Shown one piece after another: positions 48,727 through 61,243 of a DNA stretch of 64,000 bases. The position numbers were made by a program, and so were the translations under genes. This stretch comes from Candidatus Komeilibacteria bacterium CG11_big_fil_rev_8_21_14_0_20_36_20 (GTDB lineage Bacteria > Patescibacteriota > Patescibacteriia > UBA1558 > GWA2-36-10), in assembly GCA_002787405.1 (NCBI GenBank), contig PCWQ01000007.1, forward strand, positions 102,250-166,249. Direction: 5' to 3'. The stretch's first letter is position 1; every line of letters starts with the position of its first letter. The notes beneath the pieces are model-generated. The model was not told where the DNA came from. It searched no databases and was given only the letters and a program-made list of their open reading frames with translations.

Positions 48727-49719
48727 TTAATCATCAGGCACCATAACTTCCTTCATTAAAGGAACTATCTCTTTTCTCATCATGATGCGGTCGCTGTTGG
48801 CAATAGAATTATCAAATTTTACTTTTAAAACTTTTTCAAGTAGCTTTGTGTCAATTTCGCTTTGTGATACAAAAGTATTGCCATTGCCTTCCAAATCAAT
48901 ACAGTTTAAAAAGATGTAATCTAATGATTTTTGCTGTTTAATTTCTGATAATATATTTTTTATTTCAGATAGATTATTATTTGCATAATCATTAGCATTG
49001 ATAATTTCTAACTGAGCAATGCCCACTTTTTTATTATGGATTTGGAAGGCCTTAAAATCCTCAATTAAAACCTGTTTTAAAGGTTGAGTAAAATTTGATT
49101 TGTAAACAAATATCTCATGAATAAAATCAGAGGGAAGCTCAATTTGTTTACTTAGCCAACTCGCCATATCTTTATCTCTTGCCGTTGTTACGTTACCCTG
49201 AAAATTTATAGTGTTAGAAACAATAGCTGAATAAAGTAAAACGGCAGAATGTTTTGAAATAGGTATATTATTTTGTAGAAATTTTTCAGCTATTAATGTG
49301 GCGCATGCTCCGACTAATTCAATCTGAACTTTGGCATTTGGAAAATTTTCAGAATCATTGAGTTTTCTATGATCAATAATTTCAGAAATTTGTTTAGGTT
49401 TGATTGAATTAGGTAGTGCCTCAAAGTCGCTGGCATCGACCAAAATAGTATCTTTATAAACCTCATTTAATGACTCAATTTTGTTAATATCTATACTATA
49501 TTTATCTAAAACAAATTGAGCTTCCCTATGAGGATTGCCTAAAATAACAGCGATCGCATCACGGTTTTGTTTATTTAACAGTTCTGCATAAGCAAAAGCA
49601 CACGCTGTTCCGTCCAAGTCGGGATTTTTATATGAAGTTATTAATATTTGGTTATTCATTGAGTTATATATAAAACATTCAATAAAGAGTTTTTGTCCGA
49701 GTAATATTTCGCCTAACAC
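48727..49719 (-). CDS. DHH-DHHA2 phosphoesterase (family II inorganic pyrophosphatase-like)
   Basis: YKNPDLDGTACAFAYAELL and IIDHRKL (DHH motif) are present. The size is 330 aa. Confidence 0.7.
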   Translation of the reverse strand: MLGEILLGQKLFIECFIYNSMNNQILITSYKNPDLDGTACAFAYAELLNKQNRDAIAVILGNPHREAQFVLDKYSIDINKIESLNEVYKDTILVDASDFEALPNSIKPKQISEIIDHRKLNDSENFPNAKVQIELVGACATLIAEKFLQNNIPISKHSAVLLYSAIVSNTINFQGNVTTARDKDMASWLSKQIELPSDFIHEIFVYKSNFTQPLKQVLIEDFKAFQIHNKKVGIAQLEIINANDYANNNLSEIKNILSEIKQQKSLDYIFLNCIDLEGNGNTFVSQSEIDTKLLEKVLKVKFDNSIANSDRIMMRKEIVPLMKEVMVPDD

Positions 49720-49795
49720 CTTGTTTACGCACCTATTGATATTTTAGCTGAAATGAGCTAAGTTGTAAATGAATAATTAGTAATCATACAAACCC

Positions 49796-50686
49796 ATGAA
49801 AAGCGATTTAAACAAGTCTAAATGGCCTTTAATTTTAGACAAAAACCAGCAAATTAACCTTAAAAACTCCCATCCCCTTCATGCCTTAGCTCAGGAATTG
49901 ATTATCAGGGGATTTTCTAGGAAAACTATCCAGAATTATCTTTCGCACAATCAAAAATTTTTAAATTTTATAAGCAAATCAGCTAAAGAAGCCCGTACTC
50001 AAGATATCAAAAGTTATCTTCTTTATTTAAAATCAAAAAATTACAGCAATACTTCGTTAAATAGCGTCATTTCCGCTTTAAAATTCTATTATCAGCAAAT
50101 TCTCAAAAGAAAGCTGTTTTTTAATATCCAAAGACCAAAAAGAGAAAAATTTTTGCCAGTTATATTATCCCGCGCTGAAATCATCAATATCATCAACTCA
50201 CCTCTCAACATCAAACACCGCTTAATCTTATCTATGCTCTATGGATCAGGACTGCGAGTATCTGAATTAGTTAAAATAAAAATTAGTCACTTAGATATTT
50301 TAGGCAAAAAATTATTTGTCAAAAACAGCAAAGGACACAAAGACCGACACACTCTTTTGAGTATTCATAGTATTCAACTTTTAAATTTATACTTAGCCGC
50401 TTTGCCCGCCTCACAATCATATCTTTTTGCCGGTACTAACTCAAAATATCATCTTAGCTCAAGAAGCGTCCAAAAAATATTGATTCAATCTCTGATTAAA
50501 AACAAAATTAATAAAAAAATAAGCTGCCACAGCTTACGTCATGCTTTCGCCACTCATTTATTAGACCAAGGAATTGATTTGAGATTAATTCAAAAACTAC
50601 TCGGTCATCAAAATATCAAAACCACTCAACACTATACTCAAGTATCCAATAAATTTTTAAACAATATCAAAAGCCCGCTTGATTAA
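49796..50686 (+). CDS. Tyrosine site-specific recombinase (XerC/XerD-like)
   Basis: Catalytic residues: R (GLRVSEL), K (KGHKDRH), HxxR (HSLRHAF), H (LLGHQN) and Y (HYTQV). Confidence 0.85.
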   Translation: MKSDLNKSKWPLILDKNQQINLKNSHPLHALAQELIIRGFSRKTIQNYLSHNQKFLNFISKSAKEARTQDIKSYLLYLKSKNYSNTSLNSVISALKFYYQQILKRKLFFNIQRPKREKFLPVILSRAEIINIINSPLNIKHRLILSMLYGSGLRVSELVKIKISHLDILGKKLFVKNSKGHKDRHTLLSIHSIQLLNLYLAALPASQSYLFAGTNSKYHLSSRSVQKILIQSLIKNKINKKISCHSLRHAFATHLLDQGIDLRLIQKLLGHQNIKTTQHYTQVSNKFLNNIKSPLD

Positions 50687-50689
50687 AAA

Positions 50690-52174
50690 CTATTTCAACC
50701 ACTCCAGCAAAGTCCTTACTCCAAAACCAACTCCGCCAGTAGGTATATAGCTGTTCATTGGTTTTTCTGCATAGGCTGGTCCGGCAATATCCCAATGAGA
50801 CCAAATCACATCCTTTTCAATAAACTCCTGCAAAAATAAAGCGGCTGTGCTTGGTTCTCCCAGTCTGGTGACTGGTATATTTCTAATATCAGCTACTTTA
50901 CTTTTATTTAATTGCCTATATTCTTCAGGCAAAGGCAAGCGCCATAATTTTTCTCCGGAAACTTCAGTGGCTTTTAATAATTCTTTAGTTAACTGATTAT
51001 TATTACTAAACAAACCAGCATAATCTGTGCCTAAAGCAACCATGCAGGCGCCGGTCAAAGTAGCCAGATCAATTATTTTCTTAATTCCTTGCTTTTGAAT
51101 ATAAGTTAAGGCATCAGCTAAAGTAACCCGGCCTTCGGCATCAGTATTGCCGATCTCAATAGTCTTGCCCTGCATGCTTTTAACAATGTCGCCCGGCTTT
51201 AAAGCCCGACCAGAAGGCATGTTTTCGCAGGCAGCAATAATTCCATGGACTTCTACCTTAAGGTTTAATTGACTGATAACGGAAAATAATCCTAAAACTG
51301 AAGCTGCGCCAGCCATATCATTTTTCATTTGCGCCATGCCTTCAAAAGATTTAATATTGAGCCCTCCGCTGTCAAAAGTAATACCTTTCCCTATTAAGGC
51401 AATTTTATCCTTGGTGGTAGCTTTTGGTTTATAAACTAAATGAATTAATTTTGGTGGCTGATGAGAACCCTGATCAACTCCCAAAAAAGCATCCATGCCT
51501 AGTTTTTTAATAGCTGGGCGGTCTAAAATTTTAACTGATATATTTTTATTTTGCTTAACGATTTGCTGGGCTTCTTTAGCTAAGAAAGTTGGTGTAACCT
51601 GACTGCCTGGCTCATTAATTAAATCTCGAGCTTTGATGGCTCCTTGGGCCAATAATAATCCTCGTTGCCATCCTTTTCCCAATTTAGTTCTTTGAGCAGC
51701 AGAGATTTCCACTACTATTTGCTTAATATCAACTTTAATTTTATTTTTGTCTAATTTTTTATATTTATCAAAATTATAATTAGCCAAGACTAATCCTTCA
51801 GCTAAAGCTTGACCTAGGTGCTCAATATCTGAATTGCCTTTCAGCCAATCTCTGACTACTAAACCAATATTATTAGCAAAATATTTTTTCAAACAAACAA
51901 TAATCCAACCGGCTGTATTGCGCCAGTCCTCTATTGATAATTTTTTGGCTTGACCAGTACCTAGTAAAATAATTACCTGTTCTGCTCGATCAAACACAAA
52001 AGTCTGGGCTTTTCTACCAATAAAATTCTGCTTCTTTATTTTTTGTAAAATCAGCTCTTTGTCAGCTGGATTTATTTTTTTAATTAAAGAATTAATCTGA
52101 TTTTCGTCCTGCAGAACTGGATGAAAAACTACTTCTATGTCTTGATTTATTTTGTTAGTAAATGTTAATTTCAT
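50690..52174 (-). CDS. pepA: Leucyl aminopeptidase (M17)
   Basis: The M17 signature NTDAEGR is present. Confidence 0.9.
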   Translation of the reverse strand: MKLTFTNKINQDIEVVFHPVLQDENQINSLIKKINPADKELILQKIKKQNFIGRKAQTFVFDRAEQVIILLGTGQAKKLSIEDWRNTAGWIIVCLKKYFANNIGLVVRDWLKGNSDIEHLGQALAEGLVLANYNFDKYKKLDKNKIKVDIKQIVVEISAAQRTKLGKGWQRGLLLAQGAIKARDLINEPGSQVTPTFLAKEAQQIVKQNKNISVKILDRPAIKKLGMDAFLGVDQGSHQPPKLIHLVYKPKATTKDKIALIGKGITFDSGGLNIKSFEGMAQMKNDMAGAASVLGLFSVISQLNLKVEVHGIIAACENMPSGRALKPGDIVKSMQGKTIEIGNTDAEGRVTLADALTYIQKQGIKKIIDLATLTGACMVALGTDYAGLFSNNNQLTKELLKATEVSGEKLWRLPLPEEYRQLNKSKVADIRNIPVTRLGEPSTAALFLQEFIEKDVIWSHWDIAGPAYAEKPMNSYIPTGGVGFGVRTLLEWLK

Positions 52175-52182
52175 GTATTTGA

Positions 52183-52626
52183 TTATATCAAATTAAAATG
52201 TTTTAAAAGTATAAAGATCAGAAAAAGCCAGCGTAAAGCCAAAGTAAAATGCTTTTTTGTTTTCCAACTAATAATAGATAAAATAATATTAACTAGAAAA
52301 AAATAAAACCAGGGAGTAAAAAAGAACCAAAACAAAATGCCTTCGCTTAACCGATCACAAACCATATCCACTAAATATCCTTTAGCGCTGGTGCGGTGAT
52401 ATCTTTTAGCAATCAAACCATCCAGCCAATCCAATAAACAAGCTAAGATAATAAAAGAAAATAACCACCAAAAATTCTGATAATTCCAAACAGCGACAAT
52501 AGTAACGATAACTGATAAAATAGAAATAATATCCGGATTAATATTAGGTAAGGGAATGCTAGTTGTCAATCCATCCAAATTCTTTCTAAATCTTAACATG
52601 ATACCTGTTTTGATTGGCTCTTCCAT
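52183..52626 (-). CDS. CDP-alcohol phosphatidyltransferase family protein (short)
   Basis: DWLDGLIAKR...GYLVDMVCDRLSE matches the D-x2-DG-x2-AR...G-x3-D-x3-D motif. Confidence 0.55.
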   Translation of the reverse strand: MEEPIKTGIMLRFRKNLDGLTTSIPLPNINPDIISILSVIVTIVAVWNYQNFWWLFSFIILACLLDWLDGLIAKRYHRTSAKGYLVDMVCDRLSEGILFWFFFTPWFYFFLVNIILSIISWKTKKHFTLALRWLFLIFILLKHFNLI

Positions 52627-52701
52627 AAACCAAATTTATCATAATTAAAGCTTTAAGGCAATCTAAAAACACCCTAACCTAGGGTGTTTATATTTATCTA
52701 A

Positions 52702-53385
52702 TTATACTGCTATTTTGACAGACGGACCCATGGATGAAGCCAGATGAATGGATTTAAAAAACACTCCTTTAGCTGACTGGGGTTTGGATTTTTTTAAGGC
52801 ATCAAAAAATGTTTGAAAATTTTCCAAAAGCTCTTTTTCCCCAAATGACACCTTACCTATCAAAAGATGCACGTTAGCGGTATCATCATTCTTATAAGAC
52901 ACTTTGCCTTTCTTGAGCTCACCAATCATTTTCTTTAAATCAGAATCAATCGTACCCATTTTTGGATTTGGCATTAAACCCTTTTGACCAAGTGTTCTGG
53001 CAATGACCGCTAGATTTTTCATTATTTCTGGTGTAGCTACCGCCAAATCAAAATCGCATTTGCCGGTCTTTTTTATTTCATTAATTAATTCATCTCCTCC
53101 GGCAAGATCAGCTCCTGCCTGCTTAGCTTCTTTGATTTTCCCTTCGGGCACAAAAGCGGCTATCTTTAAAACTTTGCCCGTTCCATGAGGTAAAACAATT
53201 GCTCCCCGAATAATCTGGTCGCCTTTTTTAGGATCAATGCCCAAGTGGGCATGTACTTCTATCGAGGCGTCAAATTTGACTTGGGAAGTTTCTTTAATTA
53301 ATTTGATCGCTTCCTCAATCGGGTATGTTTTGTTTGACTCAATTTTAGCCCTGGCCTCCTTTAACCTTTTACTTAACTTTGACAT
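52702..53385 (-). CDS. rplA: 50S ribosomal protein L1
   Basis: 227 aa, L1 family. Confidence 0.9.
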   Translation of the reverse strand: MSKLSKRLKEARAKIESNKTYPIEEAIKLIKETSQVKFDASIEVHAHLGIDPKKGDQIIRGAIVLPHGTGKVLKIAAFVPEGKIKEAKQAGADLAGGDELINEIKKTGKCDFDLAVATPEIMKNLAVIARTLGQKGLMPNPKMGTIDSDLKKMIGELKKGKVSYKNDDTANVHLLIGKVSFGEKELLENFQTFFDALKKSKPQSAKGVFFKSIHLASSMGPSVKIAV

Positions 53386-53496
53386 ATATTTTAAATTTGC
53401 GAAGTCCTAACGCTTTATTGACTAATAAAGCTCCTTCTTTATCCTTCATAGCTCCAAGCTCCTATTATTAATAAAACATCAAGGAACGCGGAAGAA

Positions 53497-53925
53497 TTAT
53501 TTTTCTTCTATTTTAACGCCCATTTGTCTGGCTGTGCCGGCCACAATCCTTTTAGCGGCCTCAATATCATTGGCATTCAAATCAGGCATCTTAGCTTCAG
53601 CAATATCTGTCAATTGAGCATCTGTCAGCTGACCGACTTTCTGTTGCAAAGCATTGCCAGATCCTTTTTTTAAATTAATCTTCTTTTTAATCATGTCGGC
53701 TACTGGAGCAGTTTTTAAAACAAAATCAAAAGTCCGATCAATATAGATTTTTAGTTCCACCGGCACTACTTCGCCCATTCTATCTTTGGTGGCGTCATTA
53801 AATTTAGTGCAGAATTCCTGAATATTCAAACCATGGGGCCCCAAAGCCGTACCTACTGGCGGGGCTGGAGTGGCTTTACCGGCTTGAATCTGCAATTTCA
53901 CTATTTGCTTAACTTCTTTTGCCAT
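53497..53925 (-). CDS. rplK: 50S ribosomal protein L11
   Basis: 142 aa with the L11 N-terminal PPVGPALG-like motif. Confidence 0.9.
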   Translation of the reverse strand: MAKEVKQIVKLQIQAGKATPAPPVGTALGPHGLNIQEFCTKFNDATKDRMGEVVPVELKIYIDRTFDFVLKTAPVADMIKKKINLKKGSGNALQQKVGQLTDAQLTDIAEAKMPDLNANDIEAAKRIVAGTARQMGVKIEEK

Positions 53926-53929
53926 ATTT

Positions 53930-54475
53930 TTATAATTTCTTAATCTGTAAAAAATCCAACTCTACTGGGGTTTCTCGGCCGAACATGGAAACCAAAACTT
54001 TAGCTTTACCACGCGCTTCATCAATATCAGAAACCTTACCCTCGTAATCCTTAAAAGGACCGTCGGTAATTTTAACCATCTCGCCGATGGCAATATCAAT
54101 CTTAAACTCTGGCTCCTCCTGACCCATTCTAGACATCAGCGCTTTAATCTCTGTTTCAGAAACTGGAGTAGGTGTGGTTCCAGAACCGACAAAACCGGTA
54201 ACATTCGGTGTGTTTCGCACTACATACCACGAAGCATCGGTCACAATCATGTTAACTAAAACATAACCAGGAAAAATTTTCTCTTTGACGGTTTTTCTCT
54301 TACCATTTTTAATCTTAATTTTAGTTTCTGTAGGAATCAAAACATCAAAGATTTTATCTTCCATATCCATTGATTCAATCCTTTGTTTTAAATTGCGTGA
54401 CACATTTTCTTCATAGCCAGAATAAGTATGTAAAACATACCATCGTCTTCCTTGTTGTGCGCTTTGTCTTGACAT
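53930..54475 (-). CDS. nusG: Transcription antitermination factor NusG
   Basis: NGN domain ([11 protein letters not shown]) plus a KOW domain. Confidence 0.9.
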   Translation of the reverse strand: MSRQSAQQGRRWYVLHTYSGYEENVSRNLKQRIESMDMEDKIFDVLIPTETKIKIKNGKRKTVKEKIFPGYVLVNMIVTDASWYVVRNTPNVTGFVGSGTTPTPVSETEIKALMSRMGQEEPEFKIDIAIGEMVKITDGPFKDYEGKVSDIDEARGKAKVLVSMFGRETPVELDFLQIKKL

Positions 54476-54492
54476 AATCTTACTTAGTTAAA

Positions 54493-54678
54493 TTATGTAA
54501 CCAAAAAAATCTCTAAAGCTTTAGTTAAAATAAAATCTACCGCACCTAAAAAAATAGCCACTGCTAAAGAAATAACAATTACTATTAAAGTATGCTGAAT
54601 GGCTGTTTCCCGGGAAGGCCAAACAACTTTGGCGAATTCCTCTCGGGCCCCTTTTAGATAAGCAGTTAATTTATTCAT
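54493..54678 (-). CDS. secE: Preprotein translocase subunit SecE
   Basis: 61 aa with a single TM, located upstream of nusG. Confidence 0.75.
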   Translation of the reverse strand: MNKLTAYLKGAREEFAKVVWPSRETAIQHTLIVIVISLAVAIFLGAVDFILTKALEIFLVT

Positions 54679-54732
54679 AATAAAAATTAAAGTCTTTTAA
54701 AACAGCCTCGCTGTGCTGTTTTAACTGTTGAA

Positions 54733-54761
54733 ACTATAGCACAAAAAACTATTTTTGGCAA
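54733..54761 (-). promoter_or_regulatory. Candidate secE-nusG promoter
   Basis: On the minus strand: TTGCCA, a 17-nt spacer, then TATAGT, about 55 nt upstream of the secE ATG. Confidence 0.4.
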
Positions 54762-54785
54762 GTTTGGCTAATATTAGCCGAAAAA

Positions 54786-56933
<2,148 letters not shown>

Positions 56934-57158
56934 TTACAACTCTATTTTAGCATAAAATCAAGGAAAAAACAAGCTACTAAAACCCCATCTAACCCCTCCC
57001 GGCCTCCCCTTGACAGGGGAGGAGTTTTAATAAAATAAAGTCCCCCTGTTAAGGGGATTTAGGGGATTAGAGAGGGTATAATTGACACCTCTTTTAATCT
57101 ATGATAATTTGCACTAATGAATTAACATGTACTTTCAAATTTACAAAAGAGGTAAATC

Positions 57159-57647
57159 ATGAACAAAAAAATATTTGCCATGATAATAATACCAACTTTG
57201 TTGGTGCCGGTTATTTTCTTTGTAATCGTGTCCTTGGAATTTGCGCCAACGGCCATTACAGCTGTACGACTTGTAATAGTCGCCATAGCTGTAATGGCTT
57301 GGTTTTCATTATCCAGTAAAAGATGGCTGATCCACTTGTTTCTTACCTGTGGGGCTTCTCTTCTTGGATCATCAGATGGAATATTTCCGGAGGCAAGCAT
57401 TTGGCTAAATTGCACCATCCTAACACTTCTTACATTTCCACTCTCTGGTGTATTATTGGCGGATAAAATCAATAGAGAAGCGTGGAAATTAAATTTCGCC
57501 TACACAATTGGACTTATCTCTATATTTACATCAATACACTTATTCACAAGTGTAGGCTGGTACTCAATGTTTATTACGGTGATTGGTGCGTTACTGTTAT
57601 CAATTTTATGGCTATTTTGGTGGAAACATCAGCCAATAACCGCCTAA
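57159..57647 (+). CDS. Polytopic membrane hypothetical protein
   Basis: 162 aa with 5 predicted TM helices; a terminator follows. Confidence 0.5.
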   Translation: MNKKIFAMIIIPTLLVPVIFFVIVSLEFAPTAITAVRLVIVAIAVMAWFSLSSKRWLIHLFLTCGASLLGSSDGIFPEASIWLNCTILTLLTFPLSGVLLADKINREAWKLNFAYTIGLISIFTSIHLFTSVGWYSMFITVIGALLLSILWLFWWKHQPITA

Positions 57648-57807
57648 ATCCAACCCCTCAGAGTAAAACCTGGGGGTTTGTTTTTTGTTAAAAACGTCAT
57701 TCTGGAAGGAGGAGTTTGCGACGACTGATAGAATCTCGTGAATTAAAGCAAGATTCTATCGCTCATCCCGACGTTCGTCAGGATTCGCTCCAGAATGACG
57801 ATAGCTA

Positions 57808-60231
57808 TTATCTCAAAACTGCTTGAAATTTCTTTTCTAGAATCTTTAAAACATCTTTCATCAACTGATCAACATCTTCAGCCATCAGAGTCTTATCATC
57901 ACTGCGAAATTCTAAATGAAAAGCCAAAGATTTTTTATTAGCGCCAATTTCTTGACCAGTAAAAACATCAAACGGTTCAACCTGACGGATTAAAGAAGAA
58001 ATATTGATAATTTCTTTTTCCAAATCACTCCAGCCGACTGTTTCGTCCACCACCACCGCCATATCTCTTCTAATACTCGGAAACTTTGGCAAGGACTGAT
58101 ATCTTTTTGAAAAATTAATATATTTAACCAATAAAGCAAAATCAAACTGCCAAAAACCAATCTTGGCTTTAGCATCATCAAGTAATCTATCTTTTATTAA
58201 CCCAAAATTACCAAGTATTATATCCTGATGTTTTAACTGAAAAGCATGGTTGGCATAAGGCAATTTTATCTTTTCGCTCTGCCATTTAATATTCCAATAA
58301 TCCATTAGGGATTCTATCAAACCCTTGACTGATAAAAAGACTTGTTCTGAATTATAGCTACTGACTTCCAGTCCAGCCAGAGACTTTTCCTGAACCGGCA
58401 AAAACTTCTTCTTGCTCTGATCAGTATGATAAGCGCCGCGACTTCTTTTATCAAAAACTCTTTCCAATTCAAAAATCCTAAATTCATCAAACCAGCGCAG
58501 ATTATCCTCGGCTTTACTCAATAAATTTGGCAAGAGAGAAAGATTAAGGTAGCTTTGTTCTGGGCTAACTGCATTTTTCACTTTAAGATGCTGTTTGAGA
58601 TCAAAACCTAGTTTCTCTACCCAGACTATATCTGTAAAAGCATAAGTATAAACTTCCGTATAAGCTTGCGCCCAAGCTAGCCATTTTTTAATATCTTTAG
58701 CCCCTTGATAAGCTACATCAAAAATTGGCTCCTGCAAAACTACTTGTGGCAACTGATAAGGAATATTATTATAACCATAAATTCTAGCCACTTCCTCTAC
58801 AATATCTTCGGGAATGGAGATATCTTTAGTAGCCCGAAAAGACGGCACTTTAATCTGAAAAGTCTTGGATCTATGCTCTACTCCAAATTGTAGTCTCTGC
58901 AGAATACCTTTAATGTCAGTTGTATGAATCACTGCTCCAAACCGTTGATTAATTAAACTTTCCGGCACTTCTAAGGTTATTTCTTTAAAAGGATTATTAT
59001 TAACATCAACTAATTTGCTGGCTATGTAACTTTCGGAACATAAAGATAAAATTAACTGTGCTGCTTTTTTAATTGCTGTTTCAGCCAATAATGGATCAAT
59101 TGATTTTTCAAAACGAGCTGAACTTTCGCTGCGCAAACCCAAAGCAGTTGAAGTGCGCCGCACGCTGGCTGCTCTAAAATTGGCTGACTCTAAAATAATT
59201 TCAGTAGTGTCAGTGCCGATTTCACTATTTTGTCCTCCCATAATACCGGCTAGAGCCACATATTTCTGACTGTCGGAAATCATCAGAGCTCCTTCCGGCA
59301 ATTTCCGCCTCTTACCGTCTAAAGTAATAAAGGACTCCCCTTTCTTAGCTTGTTTAATCTGAATATGAGCATCCTTAATCTGGCGAGCATCAAAAGCATG
59401 CAAGGGCTGACCTAATTCATACATCACATAATTAGTGACATCCACAATATTATTAATTGGTCTCAAACCAACTGCCTGTAGCTGTTTTTTCAACCACCAT
59501 GGAGAATCTTCAATCTTAATATTTTTAATGGCCCAGCCCAAATAACGAAAACAATTTGCTTTATCTTGCACGGAAACTTTTAATTTAATCTGATTCTTAG
59601 TAGTTAAATCAACAACCGGATATTCTTTTAACTTCAAATGATAAATAGCCGCTAATTCTCTGGCCAGCCCATACTGTCCCCATAAATCAGGACGATGATT
59701 GATTGACTTGTTATCAATATCGATGATGGTATCATCCAGCTCCAGGGCCTGACTTAAGGGCTGCCCTGGTTTTACTTTGAATCCTGATAAATCTAAAATT
59801 TCGGTTTCTGACCGGCTAGGAAATAAGTCACCCAACCCAATTTCTTCGACTGCCGCAATCATCCCCTGACTTTCCACACCGCGAATCTTGGCTTTACTCA
59901 AAGTGACCCAATTGCCCTGACCATGCCATCTGACTTTAGCACCAACTTGAGCGACAGCCACTAACATGCCTTTACTCAAATTGCTGCCGCCGCAGACAAT
60001 TTTCTCCACGCTTTCTCCAGTATCAACCTGACAGACCTGCAAACGATCCGCTTGAGGATGTTTGACTATTTCCTTAACTTTACCAACTACAATATCTTTT
60101 AAAGCTTCTGCTTGATCAATAACTTCTTCTACTTCTACAGTAGCCATGGTTAAATCTAGAGCAATTTGCTTATTGTCTACATCTTTTGGTAATTTTAACC
60201 AATTTTTTACCCAATTTAACGACAGATACAT
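57808..60231 (-). CDS. pheT: Phenylalanyl-tRNA synthetase beta subunit
   Basis: 807 aa with tRNA-binding, B3/4, B5 and anticodon-binding domains. Confidence 0.9.
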   Translation of the reverse strand: MYLSLNWVKNWLKLPKDVDNKQIALDLTMATVEVEEVIDQAEALKDIVVGKVKEIVKHPQADRLQVCQVDTGESVEKIVCGGSNLSKGMLVAVAQVGAKVRWHGQGNWVTLSKAKIRGVESQGMIAAVEEIGLGDLFPSRSETEILDLSGFKVKPGQPLSQALELDDTIIDIDNKSINHRPDLWGQYGLARELAAIYHLKLKEYPVVDLTTKNQIKLKVSVQDKANCFRYLGWAIKNIKIEDSPWWLKKQLQAVGLRPINNIVDVTNYVMYELGQPLHAFDARQIKDAHIQIKQAKKGESFITLDGKRRKLPEGALMISDSQKYVALAGIMGGQNSEIGTDTTEIILESANFRAASVRRTSTALGLRSESSARFEKSIDPLLAETAIKKAAQLILSLCSESYIASKLVDVNNNPFKEITLEVPESLINQRFGAVIHTTDIKGILQRLQFGVEHRSKTFQIKVPSFRATKDISIPEDIVEEVARIYGYNNIPYQLPQVVLQEPIFDVAYQGAKDIKKWLAWAQAYTEVYTYAFTDIVWVEKLGFDLKQHLKVKNAVSPEQSYLNLSLLPNLLSKAEDNLRWFDEFRIFELERVFDKRSRGAYHTDQSKKKFLPVQEKSLAGLEVSSYNSEQVFLSVKGLIESLMDYWNIKWQSEKIKLPYANHAFQLKHQDIILGNFGLIKDRLLDDAKAKIGFWQFDFALLVKYINFSKRYQSLPKFPSIRRDMAVVVDETVGWSDLEKEIINISSLIRQVEPFDVFTGQEIGANKKSLAFHLEFRSDDKTLMAEDVDQLMKDVLKILEKKFQAVLR

Positions 60232-60232
60232 A

Positions 60233-61240
60233 TTAGAATTGTTTTAAAAATCTTAAATCGCCCGATTGCAATAGTCTGATATCATTAATCCTGTATTTCA
60301 TCATTACCAAACGAGTCAGGCCTAAGCCAAAGGCAAATCCTGAATACTCTTCTGGATCTAACCCTCCCGCTTTTAAGACGCCTGGGTGGACTAAACCGCA
60401 AGGCATCAACTCCACCCAGCCAGACTGCTTACAAACCGAACAGCCATCTCCTTCGCAAATAAAACACTCAATATCCATCTCAAAGCCCGGCTCCACAAAA
60501 GGAAAAAATCCCGGACGTAACCTGACATTAACCTTTTTATGAAAAACAGCTGACAAGAGAGATTGCATCACCGCAATAAGATTACCAATATTAATGTTTC
60601 GATCAACCATCAACCCTTCCGTCTGATAAAAAGTATGCTCATGGGAAGCGTCTGTGGATTCATAACGAAATACTCTGCCTGGAAAAATACCCCGAAAAGG
60701 CGCGCCATATTTTTCCAGCATTCGCACCTGTAAATTGGAAGTGTGGGTTCTTAATAGATTTTTTCCTTCTACCCAAAAAGTGTCCTGGGTATCTCTAGCT
60801 GGATGATCCTCGGGAATATTTAAAGCTGTAAAATTATAATAGTCTGATTCCAACTGCGGCCCGTCAAAAATTGAAAAACCAAGTTTAGCAAATGCCTCTT
60901 CAATTTCCTCTTGAACAATGGTGGAAGGGTGTAAATGCCCAATCTCTCTTCTCTGACCGGGCAAGCTGGAATCAAAATTCCGGGGACGAATAGCGGATTT
61001 TTTAATAATTGCTTCAGTTCTGCCAAAAACTTCCAGAAGTTCTTTTTTAATCTCGTTGGCTAATTGACCGACCCTTGGTTTTTCTTCTACTGCCAGATCT
61101 TTTACTCCTCTTAGAATACTGGCTAGTTCCCCCTTACGCCCCAAATATTTAATTTTTAATTCAGCTAAAAAATCATCATCTCTAACTGTCTTTAGCTCAG
61201 AGAAAAATCTGTTTTTTAATTCTCGTAATTTCTTTTCCAT
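60233..61240 (-). CDS. pheS: Phenylalanyl-tRNA synthetase alpha subunit
   Basis: Class II motif 3, GFAFGLGLTRLVM, is present. Confidence 0.9.
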   Translation of the reverse strand: MEKKLRELKNRFFSELKTVRDDDFLAELKIKYLGRKGELASILRGVKDLAVEEKPRVGQLANEIKKELLEVFGRTEAIIKKSAIRPRNFDSSLPGQRREIGHLHPSTIVQEEIEEAFAKLGFSIFDGPQLESDYYNFTALNIPEDHPARDTQDTFWVEGKNLLRTHTSNLQVRMLEKYGAPFRGIFPGRVFRYESTDASHEHTFYQTEGLMVDRNINIGNLIAVMQSLLSAVFHKKVNVRLRPGFFPFVEPGFEMDIECFICEGDGCSVCKQSGWVELMPCGLVHPGVLKAGGLDPEEYSGFAFGLGLTRLVMMKYRINDIRLLQSGDLRFLKQF

Positions 61241-61243
61241 AAA

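Noticed and set aside
49796-50686. Prophage or integrative element defined by the tyrosine recombinase
   Set aside because: I found no phage structural, replication or excision genes, no tRNA, and no att-like direct repeats. It may be the chromosomal Xer recombinase. I report it only as an accessory patch.
53386-53496. 27-codon sORF (MKDKEGALLVNKALGLRKFKIYVKVK) in the rplK-rplA spacer overlapping the rplA start
   Set aside because: It has no convincing RBS and overlaps the L1 initiation region. The region is more likely a regulatory leader, possibly an L1-binding mRNA mimic. I cannot verify this by eye.
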